Source: Bacteroidales bacterium
Lineage (GTDB): Bacteria; Bacteroidota; Bacteroidia; Bacteroidales; TTA-H9
Assembly (NCBI GenBank): GCA_028689615.1
Contig: JAQVCV010000002.1
Span: 20,092 to 84,091 of the forward strand
Reading direction: 5' to 3'
DNA: 64,000 nt
In this document: positions 1-9,717 of the stretch, piece after piece
Layout of the letters: each line of letters opens with the position of its first letter
Numbering within the stretch: the stretch's first letter is position 1
Notes under the pieces: generated by a model
The model's input: only the letters and a program-made list of their open reading frames with translations
Told to the model about the DNA's origin: nothing
The model's database searches: none
Translations under genes and position numbers: made by a program

Positions 1-1158
1 GCAACTATTGCTATTTACAACAGTTTGGGTGGAATCTGGAGCGACAAAAAAGATTACAAAAAAGCAGAAGCCTATTACGACACCATGTACCGGCTGGCCA
101 AGGAGGCTGGCTATGCCAAAGGGGTATTGACGGCCGTATCGGAAAGAGCACTCATGTTCATGAACCAGAGCAGGTACGATAAAGCTTTGCCACTAGCCAT
201 TGAGGCTCATCAGTTTGCGAGGAATGGCGACAGTGAATACAACAAAATATACAGTTCAACCCTGTTGGCTCGCATCTATCTTGTGACAGGGAGGCTTCAG
301 GAAGCTACCAGATTGCTGGAAGAAGCCAGTACCAGGGCTAAAGCAACCGGACTTGTACTCGAAGAAACTGAAGCTTGCAAATGGTTAAAAGAAGCCTATT
401 CGATGCAAGGCGATTGGAGAAAAGCCTTTAATACACAGGCGAGATGGGTTAGTCTTAAGGATTCGACAGATGGAATTGAGATCACACAAACCATCAACCA
501 GCTTCAAACCCAATATGAAACAGAAAAAAAGCAGCAACTCATCGATCGCCTTAGCGAGCAACACAACATACAACGAAAGCTTACAGGACGTTTACAGGCA
601 ATGTTGGGCGCATCGGCCATTGCCCTCCTCATGTTGTTTATGGTAGTTTGGCTCCTAAAAAAAGCTTTAAAACAAAATCAGGCTATCCACGACAAAGAAC
701 AAAAAATTCTTGTTCTTGAGAACGAAAGACTCACACTTGATGTCGAATACAAAGCGCGTGAGCTTACTGCGGCTACGCTGCACCTGATCAACAAAAATGA
801 AGTGCTGACTGAACTGAAAGAAAAGCTACAACAGACCGATGGCTCAGAACCAGATTTAAAACAGGTAGTCAGAAAGATTGATCAAAACATCAATCTTGAT
901 AACGATTGGATCAATTTCAGGAAGCATTTTGAACAGGTTCATCCCCATTTTTTCAATCGTCTGAAACAAAAATTCCCTGGACTGACACCAAACGAAGAGC
1001 GACTTTGTGCCTATTTGCGTATAAACCTCAACACCAAAGAGATATCGAATATGCTGAATGTTACAACAGCTGCAGTCGATAAAAGCCGAAACCGGCTAAG
1101 AAAGAAACTCGAGATATCACCAGAGGTCAATCTTACAGAATTTATAACTGCTATTTAG
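1..1158 (+). CDS. TPR-repeat membrane-anchored LuxR-family HTH transcriptional regulator (5' partial; the reading frame is open to the window edge)
   Basis: Frame is open from position 1 (no stop upstream of the TTG at 25). TPR-like repeats (AEAYYDTMYRLAKEAGYAKG...). Central hydrophobic segment (AIALLMLFMVVWLL). C-terminal LuxR/GerE-type HTH (NEERLCAYLRINLNTKEISNMLNVTTAAVDKSRNRLRKKL). Confidence 0.7.
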   Translation, partial: ATIAIYNSLGGIWSDKKDYKKAEAYYDTMYRLAKEAGYAKGVLTAVSERALMFMNQSRYDKALPLAIEAHQFARNGDSEYNKIYSSTLLARIYLVTGRLQEATRLLEEASTRAKATGLVLEETEACKWLKEAYSMQGDWRKAFNTQARWVSLKDSTDGIEITQTINQLQTQYETEKKQQLIDRLSEQHNIQRKLTGRLQAMLGASAIALLMLFMVVWLLKKALKQNQAIHDKEQKILVLENERLTLDVEYKARELTAATLHLINKNEVLTELKEKLQQTDGSEPDLKQVVRKIDQNINLDNDWINFRKHFEQVHPHFFNRLKQKFPGLTPNEERLCAYLRINLNTKEISNMLNVTTAAVDKSRNRLRKKLEISPEVNLTEFITAI

Positions 1159-1291
1159 ACAATAAAAGGGGGCACACCACTACCACAACAAATTAACTAA
1201 CAACAAAATACAAGCTGTCATAGCATTGTCATAGCAGCATATTTGATTGTTTGAGCAAAGAAAATCACCTTTGCATAAATTTATCACCCGT

Positions 1292-1966
1292 ATGATTTCG
1301 AAGCGCCACACATCAATTCTCACCTTGTTGCTGACTGCAGTGGCAAGTATGCTTCTTTCGCTTTCGGGATGCAAAACGAAACCAAAAATACGGTTAACCA
1401 CTCACCAACACAGCGTTTACATCGAGATTAAAGGGTTTATTTCAAACTGTAATTCAACAAAAAATTACACCCGAAAAATATACGTCGCTGAAAACGGAAA
1501 ACATAGACGAGCAGAAACAACCGTTCTAACCATCACGAGATTGAGGGACAGACAAATTACCAATACCAAACATTTAACTGAAGTTTTTGCGAACGACACA
1601 CTTCAGCTTTTCGATTCAACCGACAGTACTGTCTGCCTGGCCACTACCTCATCGGTACTGAGTCTAACTGGCTTTCAGCCTTTGGACACCGATTTCTGGT
1701 TTCTAAAAGAGTTGCCAGCGTTGCAGCAATGGGAGGTTTGCCCCAGAGGAAATGAAAGTCAGACATCATCAAAACACCATCTCAATGGATACGTTTACCA
1801 GTTTTCTCCCGGGCTCCTGCTTTCAATCGAAACCGAGAATGGTAACTATTACGAGTCAGCAACAAGAATTTTAAACGATTCTGCATTGCCCGCTTCTCTC
1901 TTCACAATACCCGAAGCCCTCCGAAAAGTCTCCGCTAAGCAAATAAATAAAGTTTCAAACAATTAA
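1292..1966 (+). CDS. hypothetical lipoprotein
   Basis: ATG at 1292 followed by signal peptide with lipobox (LLSLSGC). No recognisable catalytic motif. Confidence 0.45.
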   Translation: MISKRHTSILTLLLTAVASMLLSLSGCKTKPKIRLTTHQHSVYIEIKGFISNCNSTKNYTRKIYVAENGKHRRAETTVLTITRLRDRQITNTKHLTEVFANDTLQLFDSTDSTVCLATTSSVLSLTGFQPLDTDFWFLKELPALQQWEVCPRGNESQTSSKHHLNGYVYQFSPGLLLSIETENGNYYESATRILNDSALPASLFTIPEALRKVSAKQINKVSNN

Positions 1967-1979
1967 TACATTACAAAAA

Positions 1980-3308
1980 ATGATGCGAGCTATGAAAAAC
2001 CTTTTCATCACCCTTTTGATGGTTACCCTGGTCATGATGACAGGAACCACCAACGCACAGATCAAAATCGATCTTAAAAAGAAAATCCAACGCGAGGCCA
2101 ACAAACGGGCCAACCAAAAGGCCGACAAAGCCGTGAAAAAAACTTTCGACGCGGCAGAAGAAGGGGTTAGTTCGGCTGTGTCTTCAGAAGAAAAAACCGG
2201 AACCGCGGAAGGAGAAACAGCCGAAGGCACTGAAAACGAACAAACTTCGGGTGAAGATGCCCCTAAAAGTAAAACCAAGGTTAAAGCAACTAAAACACAA
2301 AAAGAACTATCAGAAGAGCCTCAGGATGAACCTAAACCTGAGCTGACCTGGTCCAAATACGATTTCGTACCGGGCACTGAAATCATTTTCGAGGACAACC
2401 AGGAAGGAGAACAAAACGGCGAATTTCCGTCGAAGTGGGATCTAAAAAACGGTGTTATAGAAAATGCAACATTTGATGGTAGCAACGTGATCTATTTTCG
2501 AGAAACTGGAAATGCGCCTAACGGAATTGTTCCTTTAATAACAGAAAACAACGCAGATTATCTCCCCGAAGAATTTACCATTGAGTTTGATGCATATTTT
2601 GAGGCGAACAAATTCAGTCAATCCTACTCCGTTTTTTTCTATGATGCCAAAAATCAGAAAAACAACAAGATGAAACGTACCAGAATTAGTATTAATGAAG
2701 CAGAATATGGTGAAAACCAGAAGATGTATCCAGGTGCAGCCCGCTCAAATATTGATAAAAAAGCCAAATGGAGGCACATAGCTATTTCTTTCAACAAACG
2801 TGCCCTCAAAATTTATATGGATGATACCCGGTTGATCAACATTCCGAATATCACTGAAAACCCAACCGGAATCACGATCAGCGCATACAACCATCGTGAA
2901 GGGCAGTACTTTATCAAAAACATCCGTATTGCCAAAGGTGCAGTGCCTCTCTATGACAAGGTGCTGACCGACGGCAAATTCATCACCACCGGCATCAAGT
3001 TCGACGTGAACAAAGCCACCATCAAAGCCGAATCAATGGGAACCATCAACTACGTGGTGAAAATGATGAACGACAACCCGACGCTGAATTTCACAGTTGA
3101 AGGACATACCGACAGCGATGGCGATGATGCCCGCAATCAAACCCTCTCCGAGGCACGCGCTAAAGCTATCAGCGACAAGCTTCAGGAACTGGGGATAGCC
3201 TCATCGCGCCTGAAAACCAAGGGCTGGGGCGAAAGCAAGCCCATGGCCGGAAACGACACACCCGAAGGAAAAGCCCAAAACAGACGGGTTGAATTTGTGA
3301 AATTTTAA
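1980..3308 (+). CDS. OmpA-family protein (signal peptide, Lys/Glu-rich low-complexity N-terminal region, C-terminal OmpA peptidoglycan-binding domain)
   Basis: C-terminus NFTVEGHTDSDGDDARNQTLSEARAKAISDKL...RRVEF is the canonical OmpA_C motif. N-terminal signal peptide MKNLFITLLMVTLVMMTGTTNAQ. Confidence 0.8.
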   Translation: MMRAMKNLFITLLMVTLVMMTGTTNAQIKIDLKKKIQREANKRANQKADKAVKKTFDAAEEGVSSAVSSEEKTGTAEGETAEGTENEQTSGEDAPKSKTKVKATKTQKELSEEPQDEPKPELTWSKYDFVPGTEIIFEDNQEGEQNGEFPSKWDLKNGVIENATFDGSNVIYFRETGNAPNGIVPLITENNADYLPEEFTIEFDAYFEANKFSQSYSVFFYDAKNQKNNKMKRTRISINEAEYGENQKMYPGAARSNIDKKAKWRHIAISFNKRALKIYMDDTRLINIPNITENPTGITISAYNHREGQYFIKNIRIAKGAVPLYDKVLTDGKFITTGIKFDVNKATIKAESMGTINYVVKMMNDNPTLNFTVEGHTDSDGDDARNQTLSEARAKAISDKLQELGIASSRLKTKGWGESKPMAGNDTPEGKAQNRRVEFVKF

Positions 3309-3327
3309 TAGCGGACTTTCCAACAAT

Positions 3328-5835
3328 ATGAAAACAAAAAAACTAATCCCCTGGCTCCTGGGCTTAACACTCTTCTCGCTGATAGTCAACACAAGTTGCT
3401 CTAAAAAGGAAGAACCTGCCCCCGAACCGACGCCAACAACTGAGGTAAAAATTGCCGAAAACGTTCGCGTGCTCGACACAACCATCCTCAACGGCATGGC
3501 GCCCCTGGACACCAATACCTACAACCTGGTGTTCACAACCTGGCCCGCTGGTATTGCCGCGCCCAAAACCGGCGAAATTGCAGTTGGCGGAATCAGCGAG
3601 AGCACCCCTTACGGCGTGTTGCGCAAAATAACCGGGGTAACCCCGACAGGAAGTGGCTTCGTTTGCACCACTGAGTTTGCACAGTTGGATGAAGTAATCT
3701 TGCAAGGGAAAATCTCGTTGCACCAGCAAAAGCTCACCCCCGCCAAAATTAAAGCGATGCACCTCGAACCCGGTGTGACCTTTAACAACCAGAAACGCCC
3801 CGACCTGTTGGGTTTCGATATGTATTTCGAATCAGACCTTGATAATGCAGGCAATGCGCAGGCTTATGGCTCTTTCTATTTCGATATGGGCTTCGATTTC
3901 GACTTCTCGATTGGGCTGACAACAGGCATTCAAATGGAGTCGGCCCTTAACATCAAGCAGGAAGCCGGATTGGGTGTAAGAGCCGCCGGAAGCTGGAGTG
4001 GTAAAGAAATGGAAATAGGCGAGATGGAATTCATGCCCTGGGTGATTCAGGTAGGTCCGGTGCCAGTAGTTTTTGTTCCAAAAGCCAAACTGAAACTTAA
4101 AACAGGTGGCGGCGTGAGCGCCGAAGTAGAAACCTTTGCCTGGGAACGCCTCGAAACCAGATTGGGAATAAAGTACGACTCAGGCAACGACGATGAGTGG
4201 GATTTGATTAACGAGTGCAACCCCCAATACGAGCTGCAATGGCCGAGCCTTACGGCTGGCTCCAATTTTTGGGTGAAAGCAGGCCCCGAAGTGAGCCTGA
4301 AACTCTACGGACAAGCTGGCCCGTTCTTCGACGTAATGGCCCGAACAAATCTGGAAGCTTCCGTTACCGCGAAATCGGTAAAAAGCAGCTTCAACCTCAC
4401 TTACGAACTCTGGCTTGAGGCCAATGCCGGCATCGACATCACCCTCCTGGGATTCTTCGACTACAATGAGAGCTTCAATTTATTCGAAAAAAAGATCCAC
4501 TTCCTCACACGAACAGGCGAACCGATCCCCGACGGACTTCAAATCACCACGCCATCGGCCAATTCAACCGTTATCATTGGCAATACAGTACCAATAGCCG
4601 TGCTCGTAAACGGGCAACCTTCCGATGGCCTCAAAATCTACATCGATGATGTGTTGAAAGTGACCCTGTCGCAAGCCCCTTATTCATGGGACTGGCTGGT
4701 TCAGGAGGCTGAAGGAGAGCATACCATCAAGGCTGAGGCTACGATAGGCGGCGAAGTAAAAACCCATTCCATTACACTCAACGTAGCCATGGCTTCGTGG
4801 TCGGAAGTGGCTATCAGCGGACTTACCACGTGGGAAACGATCAATGCCATTCAGTTTTCGGGCTATGCGTCAGGCATGGCGGTAGGTTACGGCGACGAAC
4901 CATTTACCAACAACAGCTATGGTTTTGTTGCCACTACCTCTGATGGAGGCACGTCGTGGTCGAAGGTGTTCACCCTCGACAACGGCTTCAATGGCTTCGA
5001 CGATCTGGTGATGAATGGCAGTTCGCCCATTGTATGCGGAAACGACATCGGCGTGTACTGGCTTAAGGAGGGTAATTGGGTGCACATGAACGACCAGTAT
5101 GGTGAATACATCAGTGCCGATATGGTTGAGGTGAGCGGCGAAGGAGCGCTGGTGTTTGCCGAAGGTGCTGACATAAAGGTGTTTGCCGATGAACAACTGT
5201 TTACCTCAGGCAATGGTGAAGTGATCATTTCGCCTGAAATATGGGGAGGCACCTCACAGCCAAAAATTGTTGACATGACTTTTGATGGCACTGAAGGGTA
5301 TTTTGTAGGCTATTCCTCAGGACCCGAGAGTTGGATGTACAAAACCACCGACGGGGGCTTTCACTGGTATCAGGTTACAACGCCCGGAGGAGCCAACTTT
5401 GAATTAAGTTCGGTTGCCATCAGCGAAGGCAGATTGGTGGTAACAGGACGTTCGCTCAACGACGGCCCCGAAATCTATTGGTCGGCCAATGGCGGCAATT
5501 CTTGGAACAAGGCAACGCTTCCCGGCTACTTTTCAGGCCCTTACTACGATCTTTACACATTGAAAGATGTGGTGATGATCGACGAAAACCTGGGCTATGC
5601 CGCGGGTGTTTTCGGGACAACCTTCCCCGGCTCCTCCATCCTGTCAACCACCGACGGTGGCCAAACCTGGACAACCGAAGACCTCACCCCGCAATATCCC
5701 TATTATGAAATCAAAAGCCTTTTCTTCGCCGACAAATACCATGGCTGGGCAGGAGGCTACGCGTATCCCAATCCCACCGGAGGCAGCAATGGATTGCTTT
5801 TCCCATCGGTATTCCGATTTGGACTGGGGAACTAA
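3328..5835 (+). CDS. large secreted lipoprotein with BNR/Asp-box (sortilin/Ycf48-like) repeats
   Basis: Lipoprotein signal (LIVNTSC). Repeated S/T-x-D-G-G-x-(S/T)-W motifs (TSDGGTSWSKV, TTDGGFHWYQV, SANGGNSWNKA, TTDGGQTWTTE) in the C-terminal third. Confidence 0.6.
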   Translation: MKTKKLIPWLLGLTLFSLIVNTSCSKKEEPAPEPTPTTEVKIAENVRVLDTTILNGMAPLDTNTYNLVFTTWPAGIAAPKTGEIAVGGISESTPYGVLRKITGVTPTGSGFVCTTEFAQLDEVILQGKISLHQQKLTPAKIKAMHLEPGVTFNNQKRPDLLGFDMYFESDLDNAGNAQAYGSFYFDMGFDFDFSIGLTTGIQMESALNIKQEAGLGVRAAGSWSGKEMEIGEMEFMPWVIQVGPVPVVFVPKAKLKLKTGGGVSAEVETFAWERLETRLGIKYDSGNDDEWDLINECNPQYELQWPSLTAGSNFWVKAGPEVSLKLYGQAGPFFDVMARTNLEASVTAKSVKSSFNLTYELWLEANAGIDITLLGFFDYNESFNLFEKKIHFLTRTGEPIPDGLQITTPSANSTVIIGNTVPIAVLVNGQPSDGLKIYIDDVLKVTLSQAPYSWDWLVQEAEGEHTIKAEATIGGEVKTHSITLNVAMASWSEVAISGLTTWETINAIQFSGYASGMAVGYGDEPFTNNSYGFVATTSDGGTSWSKVFTLDNGFNGFDDLVMNGSSPIVCGNDIGVYWLKEGNWVHMNDQYGEYISADMVEVSGEGALVFAEGADIKVFADEQLFTSGNGEVIISPEIWGGTSQPKIVDMTFDGTEGYFVGYSSGPESWMYKTTDGGFHWYQVTTPGGANFELSSVAISEGRLVVTGRSLNDGPEIYWSANGGNSWNKATLPGYFSGPYYDLYTLKDVVMIDENLGYAAGVFGTTFPGSSILSTTDGGQTWTTEDLTPQYPYYEIKSLFFADKYHGWAGGYAYPNPTGGSNGLLFPSVFRFGLGN

Positions 5836-5904
5836 TCAAAGAATCGTTCCAAAAATTTAAATGAAGTTGTTCGGATTTAATTAAAAAAAAATAAATTATT
5901 GATT

Positions 5905-6585
5905 ATGAAAAACTTATTAATCATTCTATCCTTTGTTTTCATCAGTCAGATGGCTCAGGCACAGAATAAATCGTTAAAAGACGAAAAGGTATTTGAAGTC
6001 AAATCCGGGGTGGTTGAATACCAGCTCGACGGGATGACCAAAGGGACAAAAACCCTCTGGTTCGATGATTACGGCAGGTTACAATGCACCCATACAACGA
6101 CTACTACAAAACTGATGGGGATCACCAACAAAGAGGAGAAACTCGAAATCAGAAACCACCAATGGGTTTACACCATCAACCTGATGGACAAGACCGGGAC
6201 CAAAAGCAAAATCGAATCGGCGATGGCTCCAACCGATGCCATGTACTCTGGTTTGAGCGAAGAGGAAAAAGCTCAATTTGTCGAAAATGTAAAAAAGAGC
6301 TTCAATGCGCGCGAAGTTGGAACCGGTGAGGTGATTGGCAAAACCTGTGTAATCACCGAAATTGGCTCTGGCAACAAGGTTTGGGGTTACAAAAACATAA
6401 CCCTGAAATCAGAGATTGGGTCAGGTATGATGAAATCATCCGAAGTTGCAACGAAATTTACCGAGAATGCTTCCGTACCCGCATCCAAATTTCAGCCACC
6501 GGCCGGCATCGAGATTCAGGATGTGACCGATATGATGAACAACCTGCCTGGAATGCCCGGCATGGACGACGAAGAGGAAGAATAG
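5905..6585 (+). CDS. hypothetical secreted protein (acidic C-terminus)
   Basis: ATG at 5905 (the track's start at 5899 is TTG). Signal peptide LLIILSFVFISQMAQAQ. No recognised domain. Confidence 0.45.
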   Translation: MKNLLIILSFVFISQMAQAQNKSLKDEKVFEVKSGVVEYQLDGMTKGTKTLWFDDYGRLQCTHTTTTTKLMGITNKEEKLEIRNHQWVYTINLMDKTGTKSKIESAMAPTDAMYSGLSEEEKAQFVENVKKSFNAREVGTGEVIGKTCVITEIGSGNKVWGYKNITLKSEIGSGMMKSSEVATKFTENASVPASKFQPPAGIEIQDVTDMMNNLPGMPGMDDEEEE

Positions 6586-6729
6586 CCTTAATTGACTCAA
6601 TCACAAAACTCTATGAAGCAGGATCCATTGTGGACCCTGCTTTTTTGTATAAAGAGATCCAACACATTAAACCCAAAACATCCTTTTCTTAAAAAACTGT
6701 ATATTTGCGGCAGGGAAAACTTAAAAGAA

Positions 6730-6984
6730 ATGAACGAGACAAGCAGACAAGTTGAGATGTTCCTGAGCATCGCAGCCCTCTCTAAAACTGATCAGGAGAA
6801 AGTTATGGAAACGGTTCACAAACTTTCTGAAAACAAAAAAGCTGCATTAAAAAAAACCAATCCACGCCCAAAGGCAGGTTTTCTGAAGGGAGCCTTTCAG
6901 CCCCCGGTAGAAGACGTTGTTGAAACGTCGGCCGAAAACCCGGATCAAACCCAAAACATTACTGATACTCAAAGCGAATTATGA
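6730..6984 (+). CDS. putative antitoxin of a type II TA pair (small protein whose stop overlaps the PIN toxin start)
   Basis: Internal ATG at 6730 (MNETSRQVEMFLSIAALSKTDQEKVMETVHKLSE...). The ATGA overlap at 6981-6984 with the downstream PIN gene is the typical translational coupling of TA pairs. The product assignment rests on gene context only. Confidence 0.4.
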   Translation: MNETSRQVEMFLSIAALSKTDQEKVMETVHKLSENKKAALKKTNPRPKAGFLKGAFQPPVEDVVETSAENPDQTQNITDTQSEL

Positions 6985-7376
6985 AAATTTTACTTGACAC
7001 CCAAGTCTTTGTTTGGTTTGCAGAAGACGACCCCAGGCTGCCTAACGAGATGAAAAGAATCATCGAAAAGCCTTGGCATCAGGTCTGTGTAAGCTATGCC
7101 TCTTTTTGGAAAATCGCCCTGATGATTCAATCAGGCGAATTGCCTTCCTCACGACCGCTTGATCTGATTATGAACCAAACCATAAAAAGTGGCATCGAAA
7201 TCGTCCCACTAAAACTCGACCACATCAATAGGCTGGGATGGCTTCCACAGCATCACGATGAAACTTTTGAAAGAATGCTGGCCGCGCAAGCATTGGTTGA
7301 AAACATGATGATTGTTTCTGACAACCCGGTTTACAATACCTATGGTGCAGTAAGGCTTTGGAGCAATCCAAAATAG
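6981..7376 (+). CDS. PIN-domain ribonuclease toxin, VapC-like
   Basis: N-terminus MKILLDTQVFVWF... matches the PIN-domain motif (LLDTnV...) with the first acidic residue in place. Size is 131 aa. Overlaps the upstream small ORF. Confidence 0.65.
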   Translation: MKILLDTQVFVWFAEDDPRLPNEMKRIIEKPWHQVCVSYASFWKIALMIQSGELPSSRPLDLIMNQTIKSGIEIVPLKLDHINRLGWLPQHHDETFERMLAAQALVENMMIVSDNPVYNTYGAVRLWSNPK

Positions 7377-7452
7377 CTTTTCATCAGATTACCTTTCTTC
7401 AATTGCACATAAGCGAGGGGTGAGCAGATATTAGGTCTTCTCACCCCCTTCT

Positions 7453-8916
7453 TCATTTAAAATCGAGGTTACCGCAAGGCGTTGAATCATCGCCACCAAG
7501 GCAATGACCCTTAAGAATGCTAAACTTCAGCGAGGCATAAAAATCCATCCCGTAAAAATCGCCCATTCCCAATAATGTCCCCAACTTTTCGGTACCTAAA
7601 GTAAAGCCCATAAACCTCAACGACAAACCAATCCTGGGTTCGCGATAATCGAACAATGCAACAGGAAAATTAACCTCCCATAGATCCGTTTCATAACGTG
7701 GCGCTACTGCCAGCCAGGAGCTTCGGCGAACCTGCCTTGAAGCCGGTGCCTGGATTCCCTGAACCCAGGAGGCATTCAAATACCAGTTTTCGCGAAGAAA
7801 ATAGTCGAACTGAACACTGAGCGCAGTTGGCAAACCCATTGAAAAAGAATTACTTATCAACGATCGGGTACTGTCTCCATAAAAACGCTGGCTCAACTCA
7901 TGAAAAGTCTGGTTGATGCTGGAGAAAGCTATGGTATCAATCCTATCCCAGAAATGAGCCACATTTTTGAAAGAATGCACTTGAGCATTATCAGAAAATG
8001 AAGCCCAACCAAAATCGATCAGCGACACTCCCAATCGGTAGCGATAAGGGACAAACCTCCATTCGCAGGCAGCCCGCCCCATATTCATTCGCTTCACTTC
8101 GCGCAGAGTTCGAATAAATGTAACACCAAGATCAACAGAGAACCCCGATCCTGTGAAGAGACCTTGCGAACTGTTGTACTCGTTGGAATTGTAATCAATC
8201 GGCAACGACAACCCGAATTCGGCATTCAGCGACCGAATATCGACTGTCGAGTCGTTGAGAACCATATACCTTATCTTATCAACGTCAAGAAAAGCTCCCC
8301 CCGTTGCTAAAACCCTTTTAACCGAGAACCCGGCATTGACAATCGAGTAACGCTTGTAGCGGACAGTCCGGGCATAAGTCAGCCCCAATTCAAACCAATT
8401 GAGTGCTGCTGCAGAAATGTCATAATCAGTATATTCTACATATTGTTGTGGCGGATATCCCAGATCGAAGTAGGCAAAATTGAATGCCTCATAAGGCAAC
8501 CGCCGTCCAGAAACAGCCGTACGAAGTGCTAAATGAAACCCATAAGCATTTTGGTGATTAACATAGATTAAACCAGGCAACTGAACCCTTTCAGTAACAT
8601 TCAAACTGTGCAATTGTGGCTGGCTTTTCACCAGATATGGACGCTCGTACTTCCCATATTTAGGCATGAGGTATGAACTGCTAAGAAGGTTGTACCAGGC
8701 AAAATCGCTGCCTGGTATGTAAAAAGCTGTATTATAGCCAAAAACGCCTACAGCCATCTGAGCCTCGAACCAGGGTTTGCCGTGCAAGGGCGACGAAGGG
8801 TTGATCCACACTGACGCTGTGGGTTGATAGTTCCCGTTAACCAAACCTGGCATTTCTTGGCCCGTAAGACGAAGGGACAACAAAACCAATAAAATGGAAT
8901 ATCGAAATGAATTCAT
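7453..8916 (-). CDS. hypothetical outer-membrane protein (signal peptide; aromatic-rich, beta-barrel-like composition)
   Basis: ATG at 8916 (MNSFRYSILLVLLSLRLTGQ signal). About 490 aa, rich in Y/F/G/N with alternating hydrophobic pattern, ending in a Phe-containing C-terminus. Lies 82 nt downstream of the cyclase-homology gene on the same strand. Confidence 0.45.
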   Translation of the reverse strand: MNSFRYSILLVLLSLRLTGQEMPGLVNGNYQPTASVWINPSSPLHGKPWFEAQMAVGVFGYNTAFYIPGSDFAWYNLLSSSYLMPKYGKYERPYLVKSQPQLHSLNVTERVQLPGLIYVNHQNAYGFHLALRTAVSGRRLPYEAFNFAYFDLGYPPQQYVEYTDYDISAAALNWFELGLTYARTVRYKRYSIVNAGFSVKRVLATGGAFLDVDKIRYMVLNDSTVDIRSLNAEFGLSLPIDYNSNEYNSSQGLFTGSGFSVDLGVTFIRTLREVKRMNMGRAACEWRFVPYRYRLGVSLIDFGWASFSDNAQVHSFKNVAHFWDRIDTIAFSSINQTFHELSQRFYGDSTRSLISNSFSMGLPTALSVQFDYFLRENWYLNASWVQGIQAPASRQVRRSSWLAVAPRYETDLWEVNFPVALFDYREPRIGLSLRFMGFTLGTEKLGTLLGMGDFYGMDFYASLKFSILKGHCLGGDDSTPCGNLDFK

Positions 8917-9049
8917 CGTAGGTGGTTTGAATACTAGCTGTGGGCATAGCCCTCTGGCTTGATACAACTTAACGTTCTACCAATTCAATAAGTATAAACC
9001 ACAACATCGGTTAAAAGTTGCCGTTACTCGGGGTTGGATGATTAGCTAC

Positions 9050-9703
9050 CTAACCTTTCAGATCAATAAACCGGTAGGCAACAGGGAACGGCACCCCTTT
9101 GAAATCCTCATGATACATTGGAGAAACCTGCTTCAGCACAGTATCATCACCACCATTCCCAGAGTTTTGTGAGTCGGCCACTACTAAGTTAAAAAAGTCC
9201 TGACTCATGACTATTCGATTGGGGCGGCCTTTTTGCATAAACCTGGCAGCCAAATCAATACCACGACCATAGTAATCGTTAGCCCCTTTCAGGAAAGTAA
9301 TGTTGTACACCTCATGGCTGTGATGAATTGCCACTTTACACTGCAAGAAATGGTCGGTAAGGGGATGGTTGCGTAAGTTATCGAGGGTGGCATAAATCTC
9401 GTGTAACAACGAGAGATACGAATTGATCCCTTGTTTTCGCGACAATTCTTCATCGGGAATGTAGAGCATGATTTCATCGCCAATCCCTTTCACGATATTG
9501 GTGGGGAAATCGTTGAGAAAGGAGATGAAATTGAAAGTGTTGTTAAGCATACGGCCCCAGGTTTCAATGCCTGTTCGGTATTTCAAATCGGTTGAATTAA
9601 TGATATCAATGAAAATACAAGTACCTGGGCAAACGGGTAAAGAGTTCAACTGCGACTCAAGCTCGGCTGATAACGGATTTTTGGAATGGATGAAGGTTGC
9701 CAT
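9050..9703 (-). CDS. class III nucleotidyl-cyclase homology domain (CHD) protein, stand-alone, non-canonical active site
   Basis: Aligns by eye to adenylyl/guanylyl cyclase catalytic domains. CIFIDIINSTDL resembles the FADIVGFT metal-Asp strand. KGIGDEIMLYIP resembles FIGDAVMAVFG (second metal Asp). KVAIHHSHEV resembles the RIGIHTG strand. YGRGIDLAARF resembles IGDTVNLAARL, but with Arg/Asp where canonical enzymes have the substrate-specifying Asp and the catalytic Asn. Confidence 0.55.
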   Translation of the reverse strand: MATFIHSKNPLSAELESQLNSLPVCPGTCIFIDIINSTDLKYRTGIETWGRMLNNTFNFISFLNDFPTNIVKGIGDEIMLYIPDEELSRKQGINSYLSLLHEIYATLDNLRNHPLTDHFLQCKVAIHHSHEVYNITFLKGANDYYGRGIDLAARFMQKGRPNRIVMSQDFFNLVVADSQNSGNGGDDTVLKQVSPMYHEDFKGVPFPVAYRFIDLKG

Positions 9704-9717
9704 AGGCAGAAGTTATG

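Noticed and set aside
4870-5291. Minus-strand ORFs 108 and 124 aa inside the BNR-repeat lipoprotein gene
   Set aside because: Fully embedded antisense in a strongly supported 835-aa gene. No start context or motifs.
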